From contig CBDDFZ010000001.1 in NCBI GenBank assembly GCA_965227515.1, positions 2,880,001 to 2,944,000 on the forward strand: a DNA stretch of 64,000 nucleotides, written 5' to 3'. The notes beneath the pieces are model-generated. The model worked only from the letters and a program-made list of their open reading frames with translations, searched no databases and had not been told where the DNA came from. Numbering within the stretch: position 1 is the first letter of the stretch; each line of letters begins with the position of its first letter. The translations under genes were made by a program, and so were the position numbers. Shown one piece after another: positions 40,543-52,499 of this stretch. Source of the stretch: Alphaproteobacteria bacterium. GTDB lineage: Bacteria > Pseudomonadota > Alphaproteobacteria > CALKHQ01.

Positions 40543-43500
40543 ATGACTAGCAGCATGGCGACGAATTCAGGCGACGGTGGGCAACTCGACAACGACCAGG
40601 ACGGCGCAGTCGAGCAGGTTACATCCCGATTGGATGCGGACCACTACCAGGTCGGTGACCTGGATGCGATTCAGGAAAGCCTTAGCGGCGGCGGCAGTTA
40701 CGCAGCCACTTCCGTGCAGGGCACCCCGATCCCTGAAGGTGGAGGCACGTTCGGTGACCTGGACGGCTACGATCCCGACCTGGATACAGGCGCCGGCACG
40801 GGCGGGCGCCAGTACGGCGACAGCAGCGGCAACATGGACCGCGGGTCGAGCGACGGCCAAGCCACCACGCCGAACGTCGGCGTCGGCAACGGCGACTTTG
40901 TTGTTGCGGCCAATTCCGCCGGTGTATCGCAAATGCTGGCCAATGGCGGGCCGCTGGTGGGCTGGGGCGCCGGCGCCGGTCAGAGCGGCGTCGAGTTCTT
41001 TTCGACTGAAATCAATAACAGCGCGTCGACCGAGATCAACGAATTCACCGATGACGGTCCCGGCGATCCCGACGATCCCGACCGGCCGGAGGATCCCGAC
41101 GGCCCCGATACCCCGGACAATCCCGACAATCCCGACAATCCCGACAATCCGGGCAGCGGCGATGTCGATATCACGCTCGACCTGATCACCGATGTCATCG
41201 GCATACCCGTCGTGGGCGACGTGGACGTGATCCTCGACCCGGTCGAGGAGGTGCTCGGCGACATCAATCTGGATATCGACGTCCTGCCGGACACCGGTGC
41301 GGTCAATGACGTCGCCGAGGCCGTGACCGATGCCGTCAGCGGCGTATCCGACGCTGTTGGAGGCGTTACCGACACTGTCGATAAGATCGTGGATGGCGTC
41401 CTGGGCGACGATATCGGTGTCGGCACCGTCACCGGCACGCTCTCTTCGGCAAGCGTGTCGGAGACCCTGGCAACCACGAAGGCGGCAGTCAGTGGCGCAA
41501 CCGGCACGTTCACCCGCATCGTCGGCAGCCCGAGTACGGTATTCGAACAGCTCGCGAACACGGAGACGCTGACCGACCCCGCCAGCATTGCCCGGGTGCT
41601 CGATGCCGAGGTGGGCTCGATCGTCGAGGCACCTGTGTCCCTGAGCGACAGCGTCGAAATCGTGTCCGACCTGGCATCGACGGAGTCGCTGACCAGCAGC
41701 GCGGACGAGATCCTGTCGATGGTCGACGATACCTCGCTTGCCGACGGCGTCTCGTCGATGGTCGAGGACACCGATGTCTCCGACACCATTGGGAACGTGC
41801 TGCCGGATATCGGCATATCGAGCGATGAGATAACCGCGATTGGCGGCGAGGACGGCATCGGTGGCGCGGATCTGTATTACGCGCCCACCGAGGAGGTTGC
41901 GGAAGTACTCGAGGTTGTTGCGCCTGCTGTCGAGGATGCGGCCGACACCGTTGCCGATGCCGGCGACACCGTTGTCGAGACGGTGGACAGCGTCGAGGAC
42001 GCAGTGGATGAGGCGGCTGCCGACGTCGAGGCCGTGGTGGAGGATGTCTCGGGGGCGGTTGAGGAGGCGGTCGAAGAGGCGGTCGATGCCGAGGCGGTCT
42101 TGGCTGAAGCCGACGATGTCGTGGCAGAGGTGTCGGAGAACGTGGACGAGGCCGTCGACGTCGACGATGTGATGGCCCAGGCCGACGACGCCTTGGCGGA
42201 CGTGGCCGATGCGGTGGAGACGATCGAAGACACGGTCGGCACCGACGATATCGCAGCACAGGTGGGCGAGGTGGCGGACACCGCCGACGATGCGGTCGCC
42301 ACTGTCGAAGAGACGGCCGGCACCGAAGAGGTGGTGGCGCAGGTCGACGATGCGGTCGGCGGCGCGGTCGATGTCGCCATGGACGCCGCGGCTTCGGTCG
42401 AAGAGGTTGCGGACGCGGTCGCAAGCGCCGTTGAGGACGTCGTGTCCGATGTCGACCCGATGGCCGAAGGGGGGCTGCTCGACCAGGCGATGGACGAGGG
42501 CCTGGGCAGTGGCGTGCTGGTCGACACCAACGACCTGGTCGATGGCGGCGAGGTGGACGTTGCGACCGGCCTGGCCGACATTTCGTCGGAGGACGGCGCG
42601 GACGGCGTTCTTGACGGTGCCCATGGCGATGCCCCAGGCGGCGACGGCGACGACGATCTAGTCGAGCAAGCGGCTGGCGATGTTCTGGGTGCCGTGGACG
42701 GTGCTCTTGGTGACGCCCTAGGCGGCGACGGCGGCGACGATCTGGTCGAGCAAGCGGCTGGCGATGTTCTGGGTGCCGTGGACGGTGCCCTTGGCGACGC
42801 CCCAGGCGGCGATGGCGGCGACGATCCGGTCGAGCAAGCGGCCGGCGATGTTCTGGACGCCGTGGACGGTGCCCTTGGTGACGCCCTCGGCGGTGGTGAC
42901 GGCGGCCTGGACGGGGAACCGTCCGAGGATGGCGACACCGACCTTGTCGTGGACGTCGATGCAGCGGTTGGCGACGTGGTTGTCGAGGCGGACGCCGATG
43001 TGGCGCTCGATCCTGTTGAGGCCGTGGTCGGCGACATCGACATCGAGGTCGATGTGGATGCCGTTCTCGGCCAGGTCGACCAGCCCGGTGTCGTGGACGG
43101 TGTGGTTGGCGACGCGCTCGACGGCGATGGCGGCGACGATCCGGTCGAGCAAGCGGCCGGCGATGTTCTGGACGCCGTGGACGGTGCCCTTGGTGACGCC
43201 CTCGGCGGTGGTGACGGCGGTCTGGACGGCGAACCGTCCGAAGATGGCGACACCGACCTTGTCGTGGACGTCGATGCGGCGGTTGGCGACGTGGCTGTCG
43301 AGGCGGACGCCGATGTGGTGCTCGATCCTGTTGAGGCCGTGGTCGGCGATATCGACATCGGGGTCGACGTGGATGCCGTTCTCGGCCAGGTCGACCAGCC
43401 CGGTGTCGTGGACGGTGCTCTTGGTGACGCCCTAGGCGGCGATGGCGGCGACGATCCGGTCGAGCAAGCTGCCGGCGATGTTCTGGACGCCGTGGACGGT

Positions 43501-46133
43501 GCCCTTGGTGACGTCCTCGGCGGTGGTGACGGCGGTCTGGACGGCGAACCGTCCGAAGATGGCGACACCGACCTTGTCGTGGACGTCGATGCGGCGGTTG
43601 GCGACGTGGCTGTCGAGGCGGACGCCGATGTGGTGCTCGATCCTGTTGAGGCCGTGGTCGGCGACATCGACATCGAGGTCGATGTGGATGCCGTTCTCGG
43701 CCAGGTCGACCAGCCCGGTGTCGTGGACGGTGCTCTTGGTGACGCCCTAGGCGGCGATGGCGGCGACGATCCGGTCGAGCAAGCGGCCGGCGATGTTCTG
43801 GACGCCGTGGACGGTGCCCTTGGTGACGTCCTCGGCGGTGGTGACGGCGGTCTGGACGGCGAACCGTCCGAAGATGGCGACACCGACCTTGTCGTTGACG
43901 TCGATGCGGCGGTTGGCGACGTGGCTGTCGAGGCGGACGCCGATGTGGCGCTCGATCCTGTTGAGGCCGTGGTCGGCGATATCGACATCGAGGTCGATGT
44001 GGATGCCGTTCTCGGCCAGGTCGATCAGCCGGGCGTCGTGGACGGTGTGGTTGGCGACGCGCTCGGCGATGGCGACGGCGGCGACGATCCGGTCGAGCAA
44101 GTAGCCGGCGATGTTCTGGACGCCGTGGACGGTGCCCTTGGTGACGCCCTCGACGGCGATGGCGGCGACGATCCGGTCGAGCAAGTGGCCGGCGATGTTC
44201 TGGACGCCGTGGACGGCGCCCTTGGCGATGCGCCAGGCGGCGACGGCGACGACGATCTGGTCGAGCAAGCGGCTGGCGATGTTCTGGGTGCCGTGGACGG
44301 TGCCCTTGGTGACGCCCTCGGCGGTGGTGACGGCGGCGACGATCCGGTCGAGCAAGCGGCCGGCGATGTTCTGGACGCCGTGGACGGTGCCCTTGGTGAC
44401 GTCCTCGGCGGTGGTGACGGCGGCCTGGACGGGGAACCGCCCGAGGATGGCGACACCGACCTTGTCGTTGACGTCGATGCAGCGGTTGGCGACGTGGCTG
44501 TCGAGGCGGACGCCGATGTGGCGCTCGATCCTGTTGAGGCCGTGGTCGGCGACATCGACATCGAGGTCGATGTGGATGCCGTTCTCGGCCAGGTCGACCA
44601 GCCCGGTGTCGTGGACGGTGTGATTGGCGACGCGCTCGACGGCGATGGCGGCGACGATCCGGTCGAGCAAGCGGCCGGCGATGTTCTGGACGCCGTGGAC
44701 GGTGCCCTTGGTGACGCCCTCGGCGGTGGTGACGGCGGCCTGGACGGGGAACCGTCCGAGGATGGCGACACCGACCTTGTCGTTGACGTCGATGCAGCGG
44801 TTGGCGACGTGGTTGTCGAGGCGGACGCCGATGTGGTGCTCGATCCTGTTGAGGCCGTGGTCGGCGACATCGACATCGAGGTCGATGTGGATGCCGTTCT
44901 CGGCCAGGTCGACCAGCCCGGTGTCGTGGACGGTGTGGTTGGCGACGCGCTCGACGGCGATGGCGGCGACGATCCGGTCGAGCAAGCGGCCGGCGATGTT
45001 CTGGACGCCGTGGACGGTGCCCTTGGTGACGCCCTCGGCGGTGGTGACGGCGGTCTGGACGGCGAACCGTCCGAAGATGGCGACACCGACCTTGTCGTGG
45101 ACGTCGATGCGGCGGTTGGCGACGTGGCTGTCGAGGCGGACGCCGATGTGGTGCTCGATCCTGTTGAGGCCGTGGTCGGCGATATCGACATCGGGGTCGA
45201 CGTGGATGCCGTTCTCGGCCAGGTCGACCAGCCCGGTGTCGTGGACGGTGCTCTTGGTGACGCCCTAGGCGGCGATGGCGGCGACGATCCGGTCGAGCAA
45301 GCTGCCGGCGATGTTCTGGACGCCGTGGACGGTGCCCTTGGTGACGTCCTCGGCGGTGGTGACGGCGGTCTGGACGGCGAACCGTCCGAAGATGGCGACA
45401 CCGACCTTGTCGTGGACGTCGATGCGGCGGTTGGCGACGTGGCTGTCGAGGCGGACGCCGATGTGGTGCTCGATCCTGTTGAGGCCGTGGTCGGCGACAT
45501 CGACATCGAGGTCGATGTGGATGCCGTTCTCGGCCAGGTCGACCAGCCCGGTGTCGTGGACGGTGCTCTTGGTGACGCCCTAGGCGGCGATGGCGGCGAC
45601 GATCCGGTCGAGCAAGCGGCCGGCGATGTTCTGGACGCCGTGGACGGTGCCCTTGGTGACGTCCTCGGCGGTGGTGACGGCGGTCTGGACGGCGAACCGT
45701 CCGAAGATGGCGACACCGACCTTGTCGTTGACGTCGATGCGGCGGTTGGCGACGTGGCTGTCGAGGCGGACGCCGATGTGGCGCTCGATCCTGTTGAGGC
45801 CGTGGTCGGCGATATCGACATCGAGGTCGACGTGGATGCGGTCGTCGCGCAAGTCGATGAGACTGAAAGCGGTATCCAAGACGCTGTCGGCGATACGGTC
45901 GCAAACCTGTTCGGTGGTGGCGATTCGGTGGACGGCTCGGCAGAGAGTGGCGAAACGTCCTGGCCGATCGACGACGATGAGGACAGTGGCCTGTTGTCGT
46001 CCGACGGTTTCGCCGATGTCGATACCGGGTGGGATGCCGACGATGCGCTCGCCGATCCCGACGCCGGCGACAGCTTTGGCCCAGCCCTGTTGGATGTGCC
46101 GGACTCCGGCGGCAGCGGTAGCGGCTGGTTCGT

Positions 46134-46137
<4 letters not shown>
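40543..46137 (+). CDS. Giant acidic repeat protein, probable type I secretion substrate
   Basis: GAGG just before the ATG, no signal peptide, D/E/V/G/A-rich, GGxGxDxLx RTX-like nonamers, ATGA-coupled to the ABC transporter. Confidence 0.8.
42625..45840 (+). repeat. Coding tandem array: nine 315-bp (105-aa) units plus shorter ~84-bp units
   Basis: GGCGACACCGAC anchor at 42931, 43246, 43561, 43876, 44449, 44764, 45079, 45394, 45709. Confidence 0.93.
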
Positions 46138-47923
<1,786 letters not shown>

Positions 47924-47927
<4 letters not shown>

Positions 47928-50125
47928 CGTCGGTGGCGCAGGCAATACCCGCGGCCGGCCTGGCCGTCGACCGCCTGGTCGAGCAGCTTCGCCATGCCCG
48001 TTGGGTGGACATGGAAGACGGCGCACTGCCCTGGGCCCGCGCCGTGTGTGCGTTGCTATTGGCCCAGAAGCGCCAGATCGCAACGGCGGAGATTCTGGAC
48101 GCGCTGCCGGATCGCACGACCGGCATCGACTTCCCGGATGCGCTGAACATGCTGGCGAATCTGGGTTTTGGGCCGGCATCGATGCGGCGTGCCCCCAGCC
48201 GCATCGATGCCAGGCTCTGCCCCTGCCTCTTCCTGTCGGACCGTGAGCCCGACGCGCCCCTGGTGGTGCTCGCCAGGACGACCGCCGGCCTCTCGGTATT
48301 CGACCCGGTCACCGGGCAGGTGCGCACCATGTCGCCCGACGACCCGGCTTGCATGGAGCAGGGCCGCGCCATCGTCGTGCCGCGGCAGCCTGCGGTCGAT
48401 GTGCTGAGTGCCAGCGCTCGCCGCGCTGGCTCTGAGCTTTCCTGGTTCCGGGCCCTGTTGGGCCGGTTCTCCGGGTTGTTCTGGCAGATCATGGCGACCG
48501 GCCTGTTGCTGAACATCATGGCGCTGGCGCTGCCGATCTTCATCATGCTGGTCTACGATCAGGTGATCGGCCCCGGCGTTGACGACACGCTGCATCACCT
48601 GGTCTTTGGGGTGGTGCTTGCCGTGTGCGCCGAAATCCTGATGCGCGACAACCGCAGCCAGGGCGTGGCTTGGCTGGCCGGCCGGCTGGACAACATCGTC
48701 GGCAACCAGATCTTCGCCCGCCTGGTCGGCCTGCCGCCGGCGGAGATCGAGCGTGCGACGGTGGCGGCACAGGTCGCGCGCATCAAGACCTTCGAATCCG
48801 TGCGCGATTTCTTTTCCGGGCCGCTGTTCCTGTCTCTGCTGGAGATCCCGTTCGTTCTGGTCTCCTTCACCGCCATGGTGGTGCTCGGTGGCTGGCTCGC
48901 GGTGGTGCCGCTGGTGGCGATTGCCACGTTTGCTGTGTTGTTCGTCATGGTTCGAAGGCCGATCCGTGTGGCGATACGCCGGGCCGCCAAGGCCAGCTCG
49001 GCGCGGCAGCGCTTCGCCATCGAGACTTTCGAGAAGCTGGCCGCGATCCGCAGCAACGGCATGGTGGATCTGTGGCGCGAGAAGTACCGGCAGTGTTCCG
49101 GGCGCGAGTGCATGGCGCACCTGCGGCTGCGCCAGATTGGTGGCCTGGTTGAGGTCGCGTCCATTTCGGTCACAGTCCTGGCCGGCGTGGCGACGGTGGC
49201 CCTGGGGGTCTACCTGGTCTGGGGCGGCGCGCTCAGTTCCGGCGGCCTGGTGGCCGGCATGATCCTGGTCTGGCGCATCGTCGCGCCATTCCAGAGCCTG
49301 TGCATGGCCGCGCCTCGGTTCGAGCAACTTCGCAGCAGCATCATCCAGGTCAACGCTTTGATGGACGTGCCGCTGGAAACCGAGAGTGCTCAGTCGACCC
49401 GCCTGGTCGGCATGCGTGGTGATGTGGCCTTCAGCAATGTCGAGCAGCGCTACGCGGAAGGCGACGATCCCGCGCTGAACGGCGTTTCGTTCAACGTGCC
49501 GGCTGGCGCCATGGTCGCGGTCACCGGACGCAACGGGTCGGGCAAGTCGACGGTGCTGAAGCTGGTCAAGGGCCTGTATCGCGCAGATGGCGGCGCGGTC
49601 GCCATTGACGGCGTCGACGTGCGCCAACTCCACCCCATCGACCTTCGCCGCCGCGTTGCCTACATGCCGCAGGTGCCTTTCTTCTTCGGCGGCACGGTCT
49701 TGGAGAACCTGCTTGCCGGCAATCCGATGGCAACTCTGGACGATGTGGACGCGATGCTGGACGTGTGCGGCGTTGCCGAGGACGTCGCCGCACTGCCGCA
49801 AGGCCTGCGCACGCGCATCGGCGACGACGGCGGCCACGCGCTCACATCCGGCATGGCGGCACGGCTGTCGCTCGCGCGCACGCTTCTGCAGGACGCACGC
49901 ATCGTCCTGATCGACGAGGTGCCGAACACCATGATGTCCGGTGCGTCGGGGGAGCGGATACTGGCGTATCTGCGCACCCACAAGGCCGACGCCACGATCT
50001 TCATCGTTACGCATCGGGAGGACCTGCTGGCCTTGGCGGACGTCACGGTGACGTTGCGCCGTGGTGCGCCGGCGGTCGTCTCGGAGCCATCCACCACGCC
50101 TGTGTTGAAGGAGTCAGCGGCATGA
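47924..50125 (+). CDS. T1SS ABC transporter with N-terminal C39-like domain
   Basis: LALPIFIMLVYDQVI, GRNGSGKS, IVLIDE, VTHR. Confidence 0.88.
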
Positions 50126-51522
50126 GTCGTGGAACAGCCATGGGACCAGCCAAGGCACCAGCCAAGGGACCAGCCATGGGACTAGCCAAGGGACTGGCCA
50201 TGTTGCGGCGCAGCCGGAACGACGACCAGTTGCGCTACATGGCGCAGTCGGTCCGGCTGGAGGAGACGGTTCGTCCGCGCCTGGTGCGCAGCACGATGCT
50301 GCTGATCGGCGCGTCGGTGCTGGTCTTTATCGTCTGGGCCAGCCAGGCGAGCGTCAACGAGCTGGCGACCGCGGCGGGCGAAGTGGTGCCGCAGGGGTTG
50401 CCCCAGTCACTGCAACATCTGGAAGGCGGCATCGTCGAGGCGATCCAGGTCCGCGAGGGCCAGCAGGTGGAGCGTGGCGACGTGCTGGTTCGCTTGTCTG
50501 GCGCCGGGGTGCACGAGGACCTGGAACAGGCATTGCGGGCCGAGGTGTCGCTCAGGATGGATGCCATCCGCCTGCGCGCCTACGTCGAGAACCAACCCAT
50601 CGACCTCTCCGACTTCGCCGACGACTTTCCGGAGATGGCGGCGGACCAACTGGCGCTGTTCAACGCCATGCTGACGGCCCGCGACGAGGAACGGGCGGTT
50701 CTGGCCGCGCAAACCGCACAGCAGGAAAACCGCTTGAGTATCCGCCAGTCGGAGCTGCAAACCGCGCGCGACAGCCTGGCGCTGACCCAGGACTTGCACC
50801 AGCGGCAGATGGCGCTGGCCCAGCAGGGCTATTTCGCCGAGACCGCCGTGCTGGAAACCCGCCGTGAGCTCACCCGCATCCAGGGCGAGGTTGCGGTGCT
50901 GGAACGCGAGGTCGACGTCGCGACCGACGCGTTGCTGGAAACCAATGTCCGGCTCTCGTCGCTCAATGCCCGTCTGGCGAATGAGAGCCGGGAACGCCTG
51001 GCGCTGACCGAGGTCGCACTCGCCCAGACGCGAGAGCAGGTGGACAAGCTGGCCGACCGCGTGCAGCGGCTGGACGTGCGCGCCCCTGTCGGCGGACTGG
51101 TGACCGCCATCAACATCAACACTGTCGGCGCCGTTGTGCAGCCCGGCGAGACGTTGATGCAGATCCTGCCGTTGGATCGTCCTTTGGTGGTGCAGCTGTC
51201 GATTTCGCCCCGCCATATCGGCCACATCGTGCCCGGGCAGTCTGTGAATCTGAGCTTCTCGACGTTCGATTCCGCCCAGTACGGCACCGTGGACGGCGTG
51301 CTGGATTCGATCTCGGCCACCACGTTTACCGGAAATCGCGGCGAGCCCTATTACCGCGCGGAAGTGGCGCTGGCGCAGAACTACGTCGGCGACAATCCGC
51401 TCGACCGCGTCGTCGCCGGCATGACGGTTAGCGCCGACATCGTGACTGGCGAGAAGACAGTGCTGGAATTCCTGCTGAAGCCGATCCAGCAGTCGCTGCA
51501 AAGCTCGTTTTCGGAGCGCTAG
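50122..51522 (+). CDS. HlyD-family T1SS periplasmic adaptor
   Basis: GEVVPQG..LQHLEGGIVEAIQVREGQQVERGD, VRAPVGG, GMTVSADIVTGEKTVLEFLLKP. Confidence 0.92.
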   Translation: MSRGTAMGPAKAPAKGPAMGLAKGLAMLRRSRNDDQLRYMAQSVRLEETVRPRLVRSTMLLIGASVLVFIVWASQASVNELATAAGEVVPQGLPQSLQHLEGGIVEAIQVREGQQVERGDVLVRLSGAGVHEDLEQALRAEVSLRMDAIRLRAYVENQPIDLSDFADDFPEMAADQLALFNAMLTARDEERAVLAAQTAQQENRLSIRQSELQTARDSLALTQDLHQRQMALAQQGYFAETAVLETRRELTRIQGEVAVLEREVDVATDALLETNVRLSSLNARLANESRERLALTEVALAQTREQVDKLADRVQRLDVRAPVGGLVTAININTVGAVVQPGETLMQILPLDRPLVVQLSISPRHIGHIVPGQSVNLSFSTFDSAQYGTVDGVLDSISATTFTGNRGEPYYRAEVALAQNYVGDNPLDRVVAGMTVSADIVTGEKTVLEFLLKPIQQSLQSSFSER

Positions 51523-51566
51523 CCGCCAAAACGTCAAGTGCCTTTGGAGAACTGGGAGTTACCGAC

Positions 51567-52496
51567 GTGCATGGGAATTCGCCTGACCGAGCATTGAATG
51601 TTCTTGTCGTGGAGGATAGCCGGATTGAACGGGCATTCCTCGAGGCTCAGATAACCGACCTGGGCCACGCCCCCACCGGCGTTGAGTCGGCGGACGATGC
51701 CCTGGCGCACCTGGCGACGGAGGATGTGTCCGTCGATGTGGTGCTGACCGACCGGATGATGCCCGGCATGGACGGGCTCGAGTTCGTCAAGCAGATCAAA
51801 CGCGATCGACGCATGCGCAACGTGCCCATCATCATGGTCACCGGCGCAGACGCCAGCGCCGACATTTCCGAAGGCCTGAACGCGGGGGTGTTCTATTACC
51901 TGCCGAAGCCGGTGGACGAAGAGGTGCTACGCTCGGTCCTGGGCGCGGCAACCCGGACCGCGGTGCAGGCGCGCAACCTGGGCGACGAACTGAAGCGGCA
52001 CCGCCACGCATTCAGCCTGATCGGCACGCTGAAAGGCAGGTTCCGGACCCTGGAAGAGGCGGAGGCGCTGTCGCTGTTCGCTGCGAACTGCTTCCCGGAG
52101 CCGGAGACGGCGGTCCACGGCATCATGGAACTCGCCATCAATGCGGTGGAGCACGGCATCCTCCGGATCGGTTTCGACGCCAAGTCGAAGCTGCTGGCCG
52201 AGGATAGATGGGTCAGCGAGGTGCAGCGTTTGTGCGCGGCCCCGGAGTTCGCGGACCGGCATGCCGAGCTGGCCCTGCTGCGCCAGGACGGAAAGGTCCA
52301 CGTTGTGATTACGGATCCGGGCGAAGGGTTCGAATGGCGGCGCTTCCTTTCGATCGATCCGGCCAGGGCCAGCCAAAGCCATGGACGCGGCATCGCCCGT
52401 TCCGCGGCGACGTGCTTCGACGCCGTCAGCTACAACGACGTTGGCAACCGGGTCGTCGCGACCTCGGGCCAGCCGCGCACCGGCTTCTGGCAATAG
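51567..52496 (+). CDS. Response regulator with C-terminal RsbW-like HATPase domain
   Basis: REC domain (VVEDS, DRMMPGMDG, KP) followed by ELAINAVEHG, DPGEGF, GRGI; no HisKA segment. Confidence 0.8.
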   Translation: MHGNSPDRALNVLVVEDSRIERAFLEAQITDLGHAPTGVESADDALAHLATEDVSVDVVLTDRMMPGMDGLEFVKQIKRDRRMRNVPIIMVTGADASADISEGLNAGVFYYLPKPVDEEVLRSVLGAATRTAVQARNLGDELKRHRHAFSLIGTLKGRFRTLEEAEALSLFAANCFPEPETAVHGIMELAINAVEHGILRIGFDAKSKLLAEDRWVSEVQRLCAAPEFADRHAELALLRQDGKVHVVITDPGEGFEWRRFLSIDPARASQSHGRGIARSAATCFDAVSYNDVGNRVVATSGQPRTGFWQ

Positions 52497-52499
52497 ACC

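Noticed and set aside
42625-45840. Possible CRISPR or non-coding array
   Set aside because: Units are in-frame multiples of 3 inside one ORF and are near-identical throughout, with no unique spacers.
50131-50200. 12-bp repeats at the hlyD 5' end and (TTGCGC)3 near 36515
   Set aside because: Short slippage-type repeats with no evidence of function.
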